From: Okamejei kenojei
Taxonomy: Eukaryota
Direction: 5' to 3'
DNA: 64,000 nucleotides
NCBI GenBank assembly: GCA_035221665.1
Contig: CM069137.1
Span: forward strand, 28,458,001-28,522,000
Shown: positions 12,191 through 24,512 of the stretch, in pieces
Layout of the letters: each line of letters starts with the position of its first letter
Numbering within the stretch: position 1 is the stretch's first letter
Made by a program: the position numbers and the translations under genes
Notes under the pieces: generated by a model
Seen by the model: the letters and a program-made list of their open reading frames with translations, nothing else
Database searches by the model: none
Told to the model about the DNA's origin: nothing

Positions 12191-12732
12191 TGGATGAGCA
12201 TTTGCAACCAACCATTTGTCAGGAAATGCTTTAGCTCTTTTAAAATACAAATCACACCTCAATGTGCAAATGCACCTGCAGGTTTAAGAATACCTCTTGA
12301 GCTGGATGTCACATTTTAAATTGAAGATAGAAACAATTCATTTTCACTCACTTGGGTGTCACATAAAATGAGTGAACACTTTAAAGCAATCAAAAGAACC
12401 ATATGTTCCTTCAAAGATTTTCCACGTCACAGCATCTGCTATTTCATCATTCCCAGAAGCCATGCAGGGTCTGGCTCATCTCCAAGTTCAGGTTTGAATT
12501 GTGTTCTTTGCCATTTTTCCCCATGTGAAAATGTTTTATTTTGATGTTAACTTTTGATTAAATATTTCATATGTTTAATTGGAACTTGAAAAAATGATGT
12601 TGTAACCAGAAATGCCAGGAATCAAAATTATTCTAAAAAAAAATCTAAATCAGCAATGCAGCTCGAGGTGAAAATCTCCAAATTACTATCTGAGAGTCCA
12701 AAATATAGAGAGTTAAATTCCAAATTGATAAG

Positions 12733-12900
12733 GATAGGTATATGGATAGGTATATGGACGTGAAGGGAATGGAGGGGTATGGTCTGAGTGCAGGTAGATG
12801 GGACTAGGGGAAAACAAATGGTCGGCACGGACTGGAAGGGTCGAGAGGGCCTGTTTCCGTGCTGTAATTGTTATATGGTTATATGTTATATGGTTATATG
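12733..12900 (+). mobile_element. CR1 3' tail, (gttatatg)n subfamily
   Basis: Closely matches the reverse complement of 35058-35200. Confidence 0.85.
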
Positions 12901-13409
12901 GGTCCAGACTGCAAAGTGTTCCATGATTTGTGCTAATTGGAAACTTACATTTACTAAACCTGGTGCTTTAATTAAATTTTATATGGTATTTTAATACCAA
13001 GACCCCTCCTACTCACACTGTGAACATCTTATCTACAGTCACACCACTATTAATACCTGAACACTATACTGTGCCATATTACTATAACAATGGCCAATTT
13101 AAATCTGGTTAATAATCTGAACCAAAAATAATAAAAATAATCAGTAACAATCAGCACAAAATTATCAATTTAACCCACTTGATGCCTTACTCTACCATTA
13201 GTTTATTCTCTGATTTAATGCTGAATATGGAAGGGCATACTGGGACATGTACCGGTCAAACCTAAACAGGAGGTGCCAACCTAGTGAAATATCACCACTG
13301 GACTGCAAACAGACTGAACAGCATTACAATAAACAAAGTGAAGTGATCACATAACCAGCAAATTAAAATTCTGCAGTCCGGCAGATAATTTCTTATCATT
13401 TTCCAGAAT

Positions 13410-15030
13410 TTTACAGATCAAAGGGTGGCAAATGTAATCCAACTCTTTAAAAAGACAGAAAAGTTATTGAAAACCGGAAATTGCCGACTCTGTGTAGGGT
13501 GGGTAGGTGGGAAGGTAGAGGTTGGAGAAAATTGCCAGTCATTGTAAAACACTGTGATGACAGGACAGAATCAGATTAGATTAACATGGACATCCGAAAG
13601 TTTTATCTTGGTTGATAAATCTGAATTTTGGGGATGCAATTGATGGAATAGGTAAGAGGGAAGAGGAGATTTACCAGGATGTGTAGAAAACTTTAAAGTC
13701 TCATAAAAAAGTTAATGTACAAAATTAAAGTGCATGCTTTAGGAGTAATGCATGGGCATGGATTGAAAATTGGATGATGGACAAGAAGCAGAATAGAACT
13801 AAATGGGTATTTTTCAGGGTGGCAGGCAGTACAAGTGGGGACACCACAGGGATCAATGTTCAGGCCTCAGGAAGAAATTGAATGTAATATTTCTAAATTA
13901 TGCTAAACTGAGTAGAAGGAAAAAGGAGTTTCAAGGTGACAAACAGATGGAGCAAGTGGACCAAAGCATCACAGTTGCCAGGTTGGTGGTGCAAGCAGAT
14001 ACGATAGAAGTGTTTAACAGCCGTTTGGATAGGCACATGATGAATATGCAGAGAGGAATGGGATGCAGATCGCAGAGTCAGAAGGTATATTTTAATTTGA
14101 CATAATGTTCGGCACAGCATGCTCCAGTCCTGTGCTGTTTGATGTTCCTATCTCTATTTTCTAGTTGCAGTGCAACATGTATACATGTATAAATCCTATT
14201 CAGAAGGGGAAAAAAATCAGGACAGCATTTTATTTAAGTGGTGTAACAAAGATACATGGGTGTCCTAAACCAGAACAACAGGCTCATAGGAGCACAATCA
14301 CCTACTAATTACACACTGTCCCTACTTGGAAATGCAAGGCCCATTCCTCATCATTATCTGCTGTTTGAGATACTTACAAATGATTTGAAGAAAAATGTAA
14401 ATGGTCTGATTAGTAAGTGAAAATTGGTGGCAATGTGGCTTGGTTGTCAAATAGCAACTGGGTTGTCAATTGAGTATAGATCAATTGGAAATAAGGGCAG
14501 AGAATTAGCAGTTGAAGTTTAATCTAAGTATAAAGGGGCTGTACTTTTGGAGGTCAAATGCAAGAGGGAAATTTTGCTGGATCCATAAGAACATTGATGT
14601 GCAGTGGGATTTTGAGGTGCAAATCTATAGCTCTCTGAGCGTGGCAACACGAATAGGGTAGTAAGGAAACGGTATGGCATAGTTGACTTCAGTCGATGCA
14701 TTGTACATAAAAGTTAACAAGTCATGTTACAGCTTGAGTGCTGTATCCAGTTCTGGTCGCTGCATTATATGAAGGATGCGCAGGCTTCAGAGAAAAGCAA
14801 AAGAGGTTCACCATGATGTTGCCTCGATTAGTGAGTATGTGGAGAATGGACAAACCTGGGTTGTTTTCTCTGGTTCGATGGATGAACAAATAGAAATATA
14901 TAAAATTATGAGAGCCATAGATGTGAGAGATGTTCAGAGTCTTTTCCGAGGATGGAAATGTCAAATACCATAGGGTATGGTCATGGTGAGCTGAAGGGTC
15001 GGTTACTGTGCTGCACTGTTCTGTCTTCTA
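13410..15030 (+). mobile_element. Highly decayed CR1 fragments
   Basis: Remnants such as agggtggcaaatgtaatccaactctttaa, gcatggattgaaaattgg and gcttgagtgctgtatccagttctggtcgc. Confidence 0.65.
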
Positions 15031-15161
15031 TCACTTGGTCTAAATCCTGGAACGTCATTCCTAACAGAAGTATCTTCACCAGAAGGACAGCAGAAGTTCA
15101 AGACTGAGGGTAGCTCCACTCATCTGAAGTGCAGTTAAAGATGAAAAATAAACATTGGCAG

Positions 15162-15162
<1 letters not shown>

Positions 15163-15239
<77 letters not shown>

Positions 15240-15240
15240 A
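15163..15240. repeat. (CA)n microsatellite
   Basis: Seen directly; a second (CA)n at about 15732-15760. Confidence 0.98.
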
Positions 15241-15730
15241 GAGTTGGGTCCCTGTCACATGGGAGGCCTGGTCCTCCAACGCAACCCATTCCCCCAATGC
15301 AATATTCCACCACTCACCCATAGCCCCCTCAGTCACTCCCTCCCTCCATAACTGCTCTCCCCTCCCTACCCCACTCCTTCTCCCCCACTCCTCACCTCCC
15401 CCTAATCCCCTCTCAATCCCTCCTTACCTCCTCCACAGCCTCCCTCTCCATTTCCCACTCCCTACCTCCCCCACTCCCCCCTCCTTTCCCTCTATTTCCT
15501 CTCCTCCCCAACTCTCCCTCCTCACTCATCTTTCCCCTCTCCACCTCCCCTTCCCAAATCCTTCCCTCACCTATACACTACCCTCAGTCACCTTCCCTCC
15601 CTAGATACCTCCTCTCCCCTCCTTAACTCCCTCCTAACAGAAGTATCTTCACCAGAAGGACAGCAGAAGTTCAAGACTGAGGGTAGCTCCACTCATCTAA
15701 AGTGCAGTTAAAGATGAAAAATAAACATTG

Positions 15731-15765
<35 letters not shown>

Positions 15766-16503
15766 CCCCTCCTACCCCCTTCTCCTCCTCACATCCCCCA
15801 CTTTCCCACCCTCTCCCCCTAACCCCCTCAATCCCCCGGTCTCCCTCCTCACCTCCTCACTCTTCTTTCCCCTCTCCTCTTACCCTCCCCAATCCCTTCC
15901 TCTCTCACCTCTCCTTTCCCCTACCCTCAGTCATTCCCTCCCTCCCTCCATAACTCCACTCCCCTCCCTACCCCCTCCTCTCCCTCTGGCTCCACACTCC
16001 CCACTCTCCCTTCTCAACTTCCCCACTTTCCCTCTCTCCCTCCTACTCCCCTCCTTCCTCCTCACCCCCCCCACTTTCCCCCTCTCCCTCCCCACCCAAT
16101 CCTCTCGCTCAATTCCCCCACTCTCCCTCCTCACTTCCCCAGGATCTCAAGGTTGCCGCTACTCTGACCGGAGGCTGCCTTCACCGGAGGTTGACTTAAC
16201 CGAAGGTTGCCATGACCAGAGGCCGCTGCCGACCGGAGGCCGCGCCGACCAGAATCCGCACTAGGCAATGCTGGTGACTGACAGGAGAGGAAAACAATCT
16301 GTGCATGTGCAGCTTTTATGATTTTTAAACCTTAATTACTTTTAAAATATGTCACCAATCTGAACAAAACTTATTACATTTGCAGCACAGGATAATGCTG
16401 AGTAAGGTTGCGAAAAATTGTAGTACTATCATGTACCGTTTTTGCGCAAATGTTAAAAAAAATGCAAACCGGAAGATAACAAAATGAGAGGTTTAGTTAT
16501 ATA
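15241..16503 (-). mobile_element. Non-autonomous Helitron A (3' hairpin half lost), C/T-rich interior
   Basis: gttgggtccc..tcaca.gggagg.ctggtcctccaac matches the Helitron C end at 18026-18064. Block 16290-16503 is homologous to 17790-17990. Confidence 0.7.
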
Positions 16504-17990
16504 CTAGACTGTGGGATTCATTGGGTCCCATTCACCATGGTGGGTGTGTGGTGGAAGGGGGCGTGTGGGGTGGGAAGTGAGGTGTGTATGTGGGCAGGTG
16601 GGGTTTGTGAGGGGTGGGGAGAGAGGAGGGATGTGGGGTGGGAGGGGGTGTGTGGGGGAGAGGATGTGTGTGGGGATGTGTGTGGGGAGGTGGTGTGGAG
16701 GGGATGTGGGGGAGTGTGGGGGTTGTGGGGAGAGGGGTGTGTGGGCAGGTGGGTTGTGAGGAGGAGGGTTGTGTGGGGGGGTGTGGCGTTGTGGGGGGGT
16801 GTTGTGGGGGGGTGTTGTGGGGGGACGTTGTGGGGGGACATGTTGGGGGGCCATTGTGGGGTGCTGTGGTCGGGGGGAGGGGTGTGTGTGGAGAGGGGTG
16901 TGTGTTGGCAGGGAAGGGGTTTGGGGGAGGGGTGTGTGTGTGGGCAGGGAGGGGTTGTGGAGGGGGGCTGTGGGACAGAGGGTGTATGGGAGGGAGGGGG
17001 GTATGTGTGGGCAGAGGGGTTGTGGGGGGGGGGGGTGTGGGATGGGGGAATGTGTGGGTAGGGGGTCGCCATGGGGCAGAGGGACGTGTGGGTGGGGTGT
17101 TGTTGGGGGGGTGTGAGGGAGAGGGGTATGTGGGCAGGGGGAGTTATGTGAGCAGCGTGTGGGAGTGAAGGGTGTGTGGGAGGGAGGGGTCTGTGGGAGG
17201 GGGTGAGTGTGGGCAGGAGGGTGTGGACAGGGAGGCTTTAGGGGAGAGTGGTGTGGGGGGGGGTTGTGTGTGGGGAGGAGTGGGGGTGTTGGGGCGAGAA
17301 GGGTTTTGTGGGGGGGAGTAGTGTGCGTGCCAGGGGGAGTGTTGTGTGGGCAGGGGGAGTAGTGTGTGGGTAGGGGCAGGGGTGTGTAGGCAGGGGGAGA
17401 AAGCTTGGAGAAAAGACGGGGAAGTGCCAAGGGCAGAGTGCAGCTTCATGGGGGAGGGGGGCAGGAATCAGCGAGGGGGACCAGACAGGTAGGGGTTGGT
17501 GGTGCGATGTTTACTCACGGCGGGCATTGGTCGCTGGTCACTGGTTGCGCTCCTCTGCCGGGATCAAAATCCCCGCTTTCTATTTGGCAACATCGACGCC
17601 ATCTCGGGCTGGGTCAGGCTGTTTCTGGTACCTCCCTCCGAAAATTGTGTCCGGTTGGAGACCTCCGCCGGCCATCCAGAGCCTCCCGCAGCTGCAGTAT
17701 AGATGCAATGGCGCAGGAGGGCGATGACCGTCCCGCGGATTGACAGTGGAAGGGACCAATCTGCGTGGCGCTGAATGGCTGGAGAGGCAATCAATCTGTG
17801 CACGTACAGTTTTTCATATTTTTAAACTTCGATAACTCATACCAGCTTCCACCGATTGGAATGAAACTTGGTGCAATCGCAGCACAGGAGAACGGTGAGT
17901 AAGCTGGCGAACAATCATCACGCTATCACATACTGTTTTTGCGCAAATAGAATGACCGGAAGATAACAAGATCGGAGATTTAGTTATATA
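16504..17990 (-). mobile_element. Non-autonomous Helitron B, G/T-rich interior
   Basis: Minus-strand 3' end tgggacccaatgaatcccacagtCTAG (hairpin plus CTAG at 16504-16507). 5' end tatataactaaatctccgatcttg merges into (TA)n. No TIR or TSD. Confidence 0.78.
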
Positions 17991-18920
17991 TATATATATA
18001 TACATACAAGACTAAGTGGGACCCGTTGGGTCCCAGCATCACACGGGAGGGCTGGTCCTCCAACACAATATTCCACTTCTCCACCAATTCCAATATTGGT
18101 GGCCAGTGGGGAGGGGCTTTCTGGAGCGCTAGTATGGGTGTTGTGGGCTGAAGGGACTCATTTCCAGAGGGCTAATGTCGACGTTGTGGGTCGAATGGAT
18201 TATTGGGCTGGCGGCTCAGTCACTCAAGCCTGTTGTGTTGACAGCTCACTCACTCATGGCTGGTGGGCTGACAGTTGACTCTCGGCTATTCCTTGAAATT
18301 CCATTTCTAGCAGGGTGCTAGGCCACCAAATTCAAGTGCAGTTTCATACCATTTCAAGCAAAGTGCAAGGCCACTAAAGACAGCAGGCCGGGTTGATTGC
18401 ATTCATCGAAACAGGGCGGACCACGTGAAGGTTGCAGTTTCTTACCACTTCAAGCAGGGTGAAAGGCCATCACATTCAAGTGCAGTTTCATACCACTTTT
18501 AGCAGGGTGCAAGGCCACTAAAGACAGCACGCCGGGTTGATTTCATTCGTCGAAACAGGGCGGACCACGTGAAGGTTGCAATCTCCCACACCACTAGAGA
18601 CAGCGAGTCGTGACCTCTCCCTCCATCATCTTGCAGAGGCTGAGCCACGCCTACACGTCTGGGTTTTATAGTCCCTCCCCCTCACACAAGAAGGGGCATG
18701 GCCTGCATGGCATGATTGACAGGAGAGAGAATCTCAACATTTTTTAAACACAAACTCTTTTATTTTTTCATCGATGGGAAAAATCCTCAGCACCTGATAA
18801 GCGGATGGGGACTCTGAGTAAGATGGCCAAAAATCACAGCCGAACGTGGTAGCATTTTTTCTAAAATCAATATGAAGCACAAACAGGAAATGGTCAAGAT
18901 TAGACTTTTAATTATATAGA

Positions 18921-19446
18921 AGGCAAGGCAACTTTAATTAGGCAAGGCAACTTTAATTCGGCAAGGCAACTTTAATTAGGCAACACAGCTTTAACATTTC
19001 CAAACCAAAGGCAACACAGCTTCAGCATTTCCAATCCAAAGGCAACACAGTTTTATAATTTCTAAACCAACGGCAACACAGCTTTAGCATTTCCAAATCA
19101 AAGGCAGCACAGCTTTAGCATTTCCAAACCAAAGGCAACACAACTTTAGCATTTCATAGAAACATAGAAACATAGAAATTAGGTGCAGGAGCAGGCCATT
19201 CGGCCCTTCGAGCCAGCAGCGCCATTCAATATGATCATGGCTGATCATCCAACTCAATATCCTATACCTGCCTTCTCTCCATACCCTCTGATCCCTTCAG
19301 CCACAAGGGCCACATTTCCAAACCAAAGGCAACGCAGCTTTAGCATTTCCAAACCAAAGGCAACACAGCTTTAGCATTTCCAAACCAAAGGCAACACAGC
19401 TTGAACATTTCCAAACCAAAGGCAACACAGCTTAAGCATTTCCAAA
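18921..19446. repeat. Minisatellite: 20-bp aggcaaggcaactttaatt unit grading into a 30-bp ttccaaaccaaaggcaacacagctttagca unit
   Basis: Direct tandem copies, interrupted by a CR1 tail. Confidence 0.92.
19156..19313 (-). mobile_element. CR1 3' tail inserted in the minisatellite
   Basis: catagaaacatagaaacatagaaattaggtgcaggag...agccacaagggcca, flanked by catttc on both sides. Confidence 0.9.
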
Positions 19447-20574
19447 CTATATTTTCAAACCATATTATGGGGACTGACAGGTCAGTAAAACCACTCACAA
19501 TTTAGTAGACATGCGTTCTGTGTTATTCACAGCTCAGACTGAGAGACGTGACCCTCTCACTCCCCCATCTTGCAGAAACTGACTGAGGCACCCAACAATT
19601 CCAGGTTTTATAGTCCCTCCGGAAGGGGCGTGACCTTCAGGAAAGAGAATCTCAACATGTTTTAAACACTCTTTAATAACTCAATAAAACATTTTCATCG
19701 ATGGGAAAAATCCTCTTGTCCTGCGCAGTGGAGGGGGACTCTGAATAAGATGGCCAAAAATCACAGCCGTAAGTGTCAGCGTTTTTTTTTCTAAAATCAA
19801 TATAAAGAACAACAGGAAGTGGTCAAGATCAGACTTTTAGTAATATAGATATATATATATAGTTTATTTATTATATAATATATATCACACTCATAGGCTA
19901 GGTTTTATCATTTATTGATATTGTATTAACGATTACACATTGATGTTGAACATACAGGGGCACTTTCAATCCTGACATCGATTGCATCATGTGCGGACGC
20001 TATGATCTCCCTATGCCCACATAAGTTTCCCCCAACTATTTTAGTTTCCACCCACATCGAAAGGTCATATTATTTGGTTGGCTAGTTGGCCACCACAAAT
20101 ATAATAGGGACTAGTGGGATCGTAGGTAGTATAGGTTGTAGTGGGAGAATGAAATGTCTCTGAAAGCTGGCAAAGTCTCAAGCCTTACCCTAATCATAAA
20201 ATGTTACCTTTCTATATACCAAAGAAATTGGATAATTTGTGATATTGGTCTCGTTTTTGCTCATCTAACCCTTTCATTCATTATTAAGTATGCATGGGAT
20301 GGCATCGCTATTTTTTTTCAATCTAAAGGGTGAGTCAGAAAGGATATGGGAAAATCAAGCTGGGTGTACGACTAAACTTGTGGGGCGGTGGGGGGGGGGG
20401 GCAGGGGGGGGAAGGGTGGGGCCGTCATCTGCATCCCCGCATATTTGGAATGTGGGAGGAAACCAGAGCACCTGAGGCTTGGATAGAGTGGATGCGGAGA
20501 AGATGTTTCCACTAGTGGGAGAGTCTAGGACTAGAGGTCATAGTCTCAGAATTAAAGGATGTTCCTTTATGAAG

Positions 20575-22571
20575 CATACAAATTAGTCAGAAGATGAAGC
20601 ATACAAATTAGCCAGAAAAAGCAGCCTACCAGAGTCCAGCAGAGGAGGACAAAGGGCTTAATTAGGAGAGGGAAAATAGATTGTGAAAGAAAACTGGCAG
20701 GGAACATAAAAACGGACTGCAAAAGTTTTTCTTGATATGTGAAGAGGAAAAGATTAGTTAAAACAAATGTAGGTCCCTTGCAGTCAGAAACAGGTGAATT
20801 GATCATGGGGAACAAGGACATGGCAGACCAATTAAATAACTACTTTGGTTCTGTCTTCACTAAGGAAGATAAATAATCTGCTGGAAATAGCAGGGGACCG
20901 GGGGTCAAATGAGATGGAACTGAGTGAAATCCACGTTAGCCGGGAAGTGGTGTTAGGTAAAATGAATGGATTAAAGGCCGATAAATCCCCAGGGCCAAAT
21001 AGGCTGCATCCCAGAGTACTTAAGGAAGTAGCCCCAGAAATAGTGGATGCATTAGTAATAATTTTTCAAAACACTTTAGATTCTGGAGTAGTTCCTGAGG
21101 ATTGGAGGGTAGCTAATGTAACCCCACTTTTTAAAAAGGGAGGGAGAGAGAACACACGGGGAATTACAGACCATTTGGTCTAACATCGGTAGTGGGGAAA
21201 CTGCTAGAGTCAGTTATTAAAGATGGATTAGCAGCACATTTGGAAAGTGGTGAAAGTGGACAAAGTCAGCATGCATTTATGAAAGGTAAATCATGTCTGA
21301 CGAATCTTATTGAATTTTTCGAGGATGTAACTAGTAGAGTGGGTAATGGAGAACCAGTGGATGCGTTATATCTGGACTTTCAGAAAGCTTTTGACAAGGT
21401 CCCACATATGAGATTAGTATGCAAACTTAAAGCACATGGTATTGGGGGTTCAGTATTGATTTGGATAGAGAACTGGCTGGCAGACAGGAAGCAAAGAGTA
21501 GGAGTAAGCGGGTCCTTTTCAGAATGGCAGGCAGTGACTTGTGGGGTACCGCAAGGCTCGGTGCTGGGACCCCAGCTATTTACAATATATATTAATGATT
21601 TGGATGAGGGAATTGAATGCAAAATCTCCAAGTTTGCAGATGACACGAAGCTGGTGGGCAGTGTTAGCTGTGAGGAGGATGCTAGGAGGCTGCGAGGTGA
21701 CTTGGATAGGTTAGGTGAGTGGGCAAATGCATGGCAGATGCAGTATAATGTGAATAAATGTGAGGTTATCCACTTTGGTGGCAAAAACAGGAAAGTAGAC
21801 TATTATTTGAATGGTGGCCGATTAGGAAAAGGCGAGATGCAACGAGACCTGGGTGTCATGGTACACCAGTCATTGAAAGTAGGCATGCAGGTGCAGCAGC
21901 CAGTGAAGAAAGCGAATGGTATGTTAGCATTCATAGCAAAATGATTTGAGTATAGGAGCAGGGAGGTTCTACTGCAGTTGTACAGGGTCTTGGTGAGACC
22001 ACACCTGGAGTATAGCGTACAGTTTTGGTCTCCTAATCCGAGGAAAGCCATTCTTGCCATAGATGGAGTACAGAGAAGGTTCACCACACTGATTCCTGGG
22101 ATGGCAGGACTTTCATATGAAGAAAGACTGGATAGACTCAGCATGTACTCGCTTGAATTTAGAAGAGTGAGGGGGGATCTTATAGAAACTAACAAAATTC
22201 TTAAGGGGTTGGACAGGATAGATGCAGGAAGATTGTCCCCGATGTTGGAGAAGTTCAGAACAATGGGTCACAGTTTAAGGATAAGGGGGAAGTCTTTTAG
22301 GACCGAGATGAGAAAAACATTTTTCACGCAGAGAGTGGGGAATCTCTGGAATTCTCTGCCTCAGAAGGTAGTTGCGGCCAGTTCATTGGCTATATTTAAG
22401 AGGGAGGTAGATGTGGCCCTTGTGGCTAAGGGGATCAGAGGGTATGGAGAGAAGGCAGGTATGGGATACTGAGTTGGATGATTAGCCATGATCATATTGA
22501 ATGGCGGTGCAGGCTCGAAGGGACGAATGGCCTACTCCTGCATCTATTTTCTATGTTTCTATGTTTCTATG
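20575..22571 (+). mobile_element. CR1 LINE (2 kb, RT region to 3' tail) nested in an older CR1 and a V-SINE
   Basis: ORFs 20845-21183, 21192-21944 ([21 protein letters not shown]) and 21978-22472. tatgaag is duplicated at both junctions. Confidence 0.95.
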
Positions 22572-24302
22572 AAGGAGGTGAGGAGGAATTTCATTAGTCA
22601 GAGGGTGGTGAATCTGTGGAATTCTTTGCCACAGAAGCATGTGGAAGCCAATTCAATAGATATTTTTGAGACAGAGATAGATAGGTTCTTGATTAGTACA
22701 GGTGTCAGAAGTTATGGGATAAGGCCGGAGAATGGGGTTAGGAGGGAGAGGTAGATTTGCCATGATTGGATGGCAGAGTAGATTTGATGGCCAAATGGCC
22801 TTATTCTGCTCCTATTACGTATGACCTTATGACCATAACTCCATGCAGAAAGCACCTGTGGTCAGGGTCGACCCAGGTCTCTGATGCTGTAAGGCAGCAA
22901 CTCTACCATTGTGCCACTGTGCTGGCCTAGAAGTTCAGGATGATCTGAGTCTCAGATGTCTGTGAACTATTCACTTTGTCACATTGCTGAACTCCAACAA
23001 AGCCCGTGTTTAATGGATCACACTTGGAATTCTCTTTTTCGAACCCATGCTAGTCAAGCCTAGTGTGGGATCACAATCCCTATTAATTTGAAGGAATGGG
23101 AATTCCCTACTTGTAAAATGGAAGAAAGAACATGTTTAATTATTTATTTTTACTTAATTAACCTACAAATGATTTATATTTTATATATTAGTCTTTCCTT
23201 ATATTTTAATAATAAGGACATTTATTTTCCATTACACAAACTTAAAAAAAAGGATATATTTCCAGGTATCATGCACATTTAAAATGTCTTCCCAAACTTC
23301 CTGTACTCAGAGGAGATTTGATTTAAATGCAGCCTTCTCTCATATCAGATTATTTAACCGACATGGAACCTCAGTGTTATGTCAGCTGAGAACCAATTTT
23401 CCACCAAGGTCTTTTTGTGCCTCAGGGGCAGTCTCTGCAAACAAGAGCCCTGGAACAAGATAATCTGCAAATCTTTACAAGGTTAGTGTTGGCATGAAGA
23501 CAACCCTAGTCTTGTCCAGGTTGCATACCTGGTGAAACCCAAGGCAGACCATTATTATGATGTGATTATAAAATTATGTATGAAGATGAAGGAAAAAAAA
23601 ATCTGGCTCTTAAAAAAAAAGGAGTGCCTTTTACTTAATGATTTTAAATGACCGGATAAGAAGTTACCCTCTGTGGATACACCCAATGTGAAGATTCAGA
23701 TTCAAATTAGTTTTAGATTAGTTTGTTGCCACTTACCCAAGGGTGCAATGACTTTTCTTTTTCACATGAAGCTCACTGCAAAATCAGTATACATGCAGTG
23801 ATGATAAATACAACAAAATATGTGAAAAGCAGCAGAATGATGCAAGATTGGTAGTTCTGAAGTAGTTAAATAAAAATAATTCTGCTTAATATTGGAATAA
23901 CTGAAAGAGGTAGAGTTAAATCGGTGTGAATAGCATGATTGGTTCAGAAGTCTGTTAGACAGTAAAACTTTAATGGAACTGGATTTTGGAACAAAGATAA
24001 AGGTCCGCGCAGTGCTCTATCAACTGATTAATGAATAAAATGAAAAATGATCTTCTATCCCACAGTTTTATTAATAATGAATCTTTTAATACAATATTGA
24101 TGGTTCTAGATGAAGCACAGAAAAAATGCAATATTTGCAGCAAATATTATTTTGTGAATCAGAAATTCCATTACTAAGAATGTAGATAAAATGATAGTTG
24201 GCCGTTCAAAAAATTATTGGACATGCATTGGAAGATATTGGAATCGATGTGTTTTTTACATATTTTCAGGCCATGTACCTGCAAAACATCATGATTTAGT
24301 TT

Positions 24303-24492
24303 AGACACAAATTGTTGGAGTAACTCAGCAGGTCAGGCAACATCTTCGGAGAACATGCAGAGGTGGCCTTTCGGGTTGAGACCAATCTTCAGACCCAATA
24401 CATCACCTATTTGAGTTTTCCAGAGATGGTACCTGACGCACAAAGTTCCTCCTGCACTTTGTAAGCCAGCATCTGCAGTTCCTTGTGTCTCT
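24303..24492. mobile_element. Degenerate fold-back Penelope terminal-repeat element
   Basis: Antisense arm (gagtaactcagcaggtcaggc...tttcgggttgagacc), then sense arm, then ccagcatctgcagttcct extension, as at 31409-31635. Confidence 0.65.
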
Positions 24493-24512
24493 AAAATTAC
24501 TTATTTTATCTC

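Larger units (their letters stand above)
18007..19849 (-). mobile_element. Non-autonomous Helitron C with two 5' ends
   Basis: Minus strand starts a|TCtatattactaaaagtctgatc (19849) and ends GGGACCCaacGGGTCCCacttagtCTTG|t (18007). Second TC start at 18920; block about 18605-18920 is repeated at about 19545-19849. Confidence 0.82.

Noticed and set aside
15076-17449. Many long Pro/His/Thr- or Gly/Val-rich ORFs (up to 308 aa)
   Set aside because: They are by-products of (CA)n and C-rich/G-rich low-complexity DNA, which lacks stop codons in several frames.
18921-19446. Regularly spaced ~30-bp repeats suggesting a CRISPR array
   Set aside because: The units are directly tandem with no unique spacers, there are no cas genes, and the context is eukaryotic. 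It is a minisatellite.
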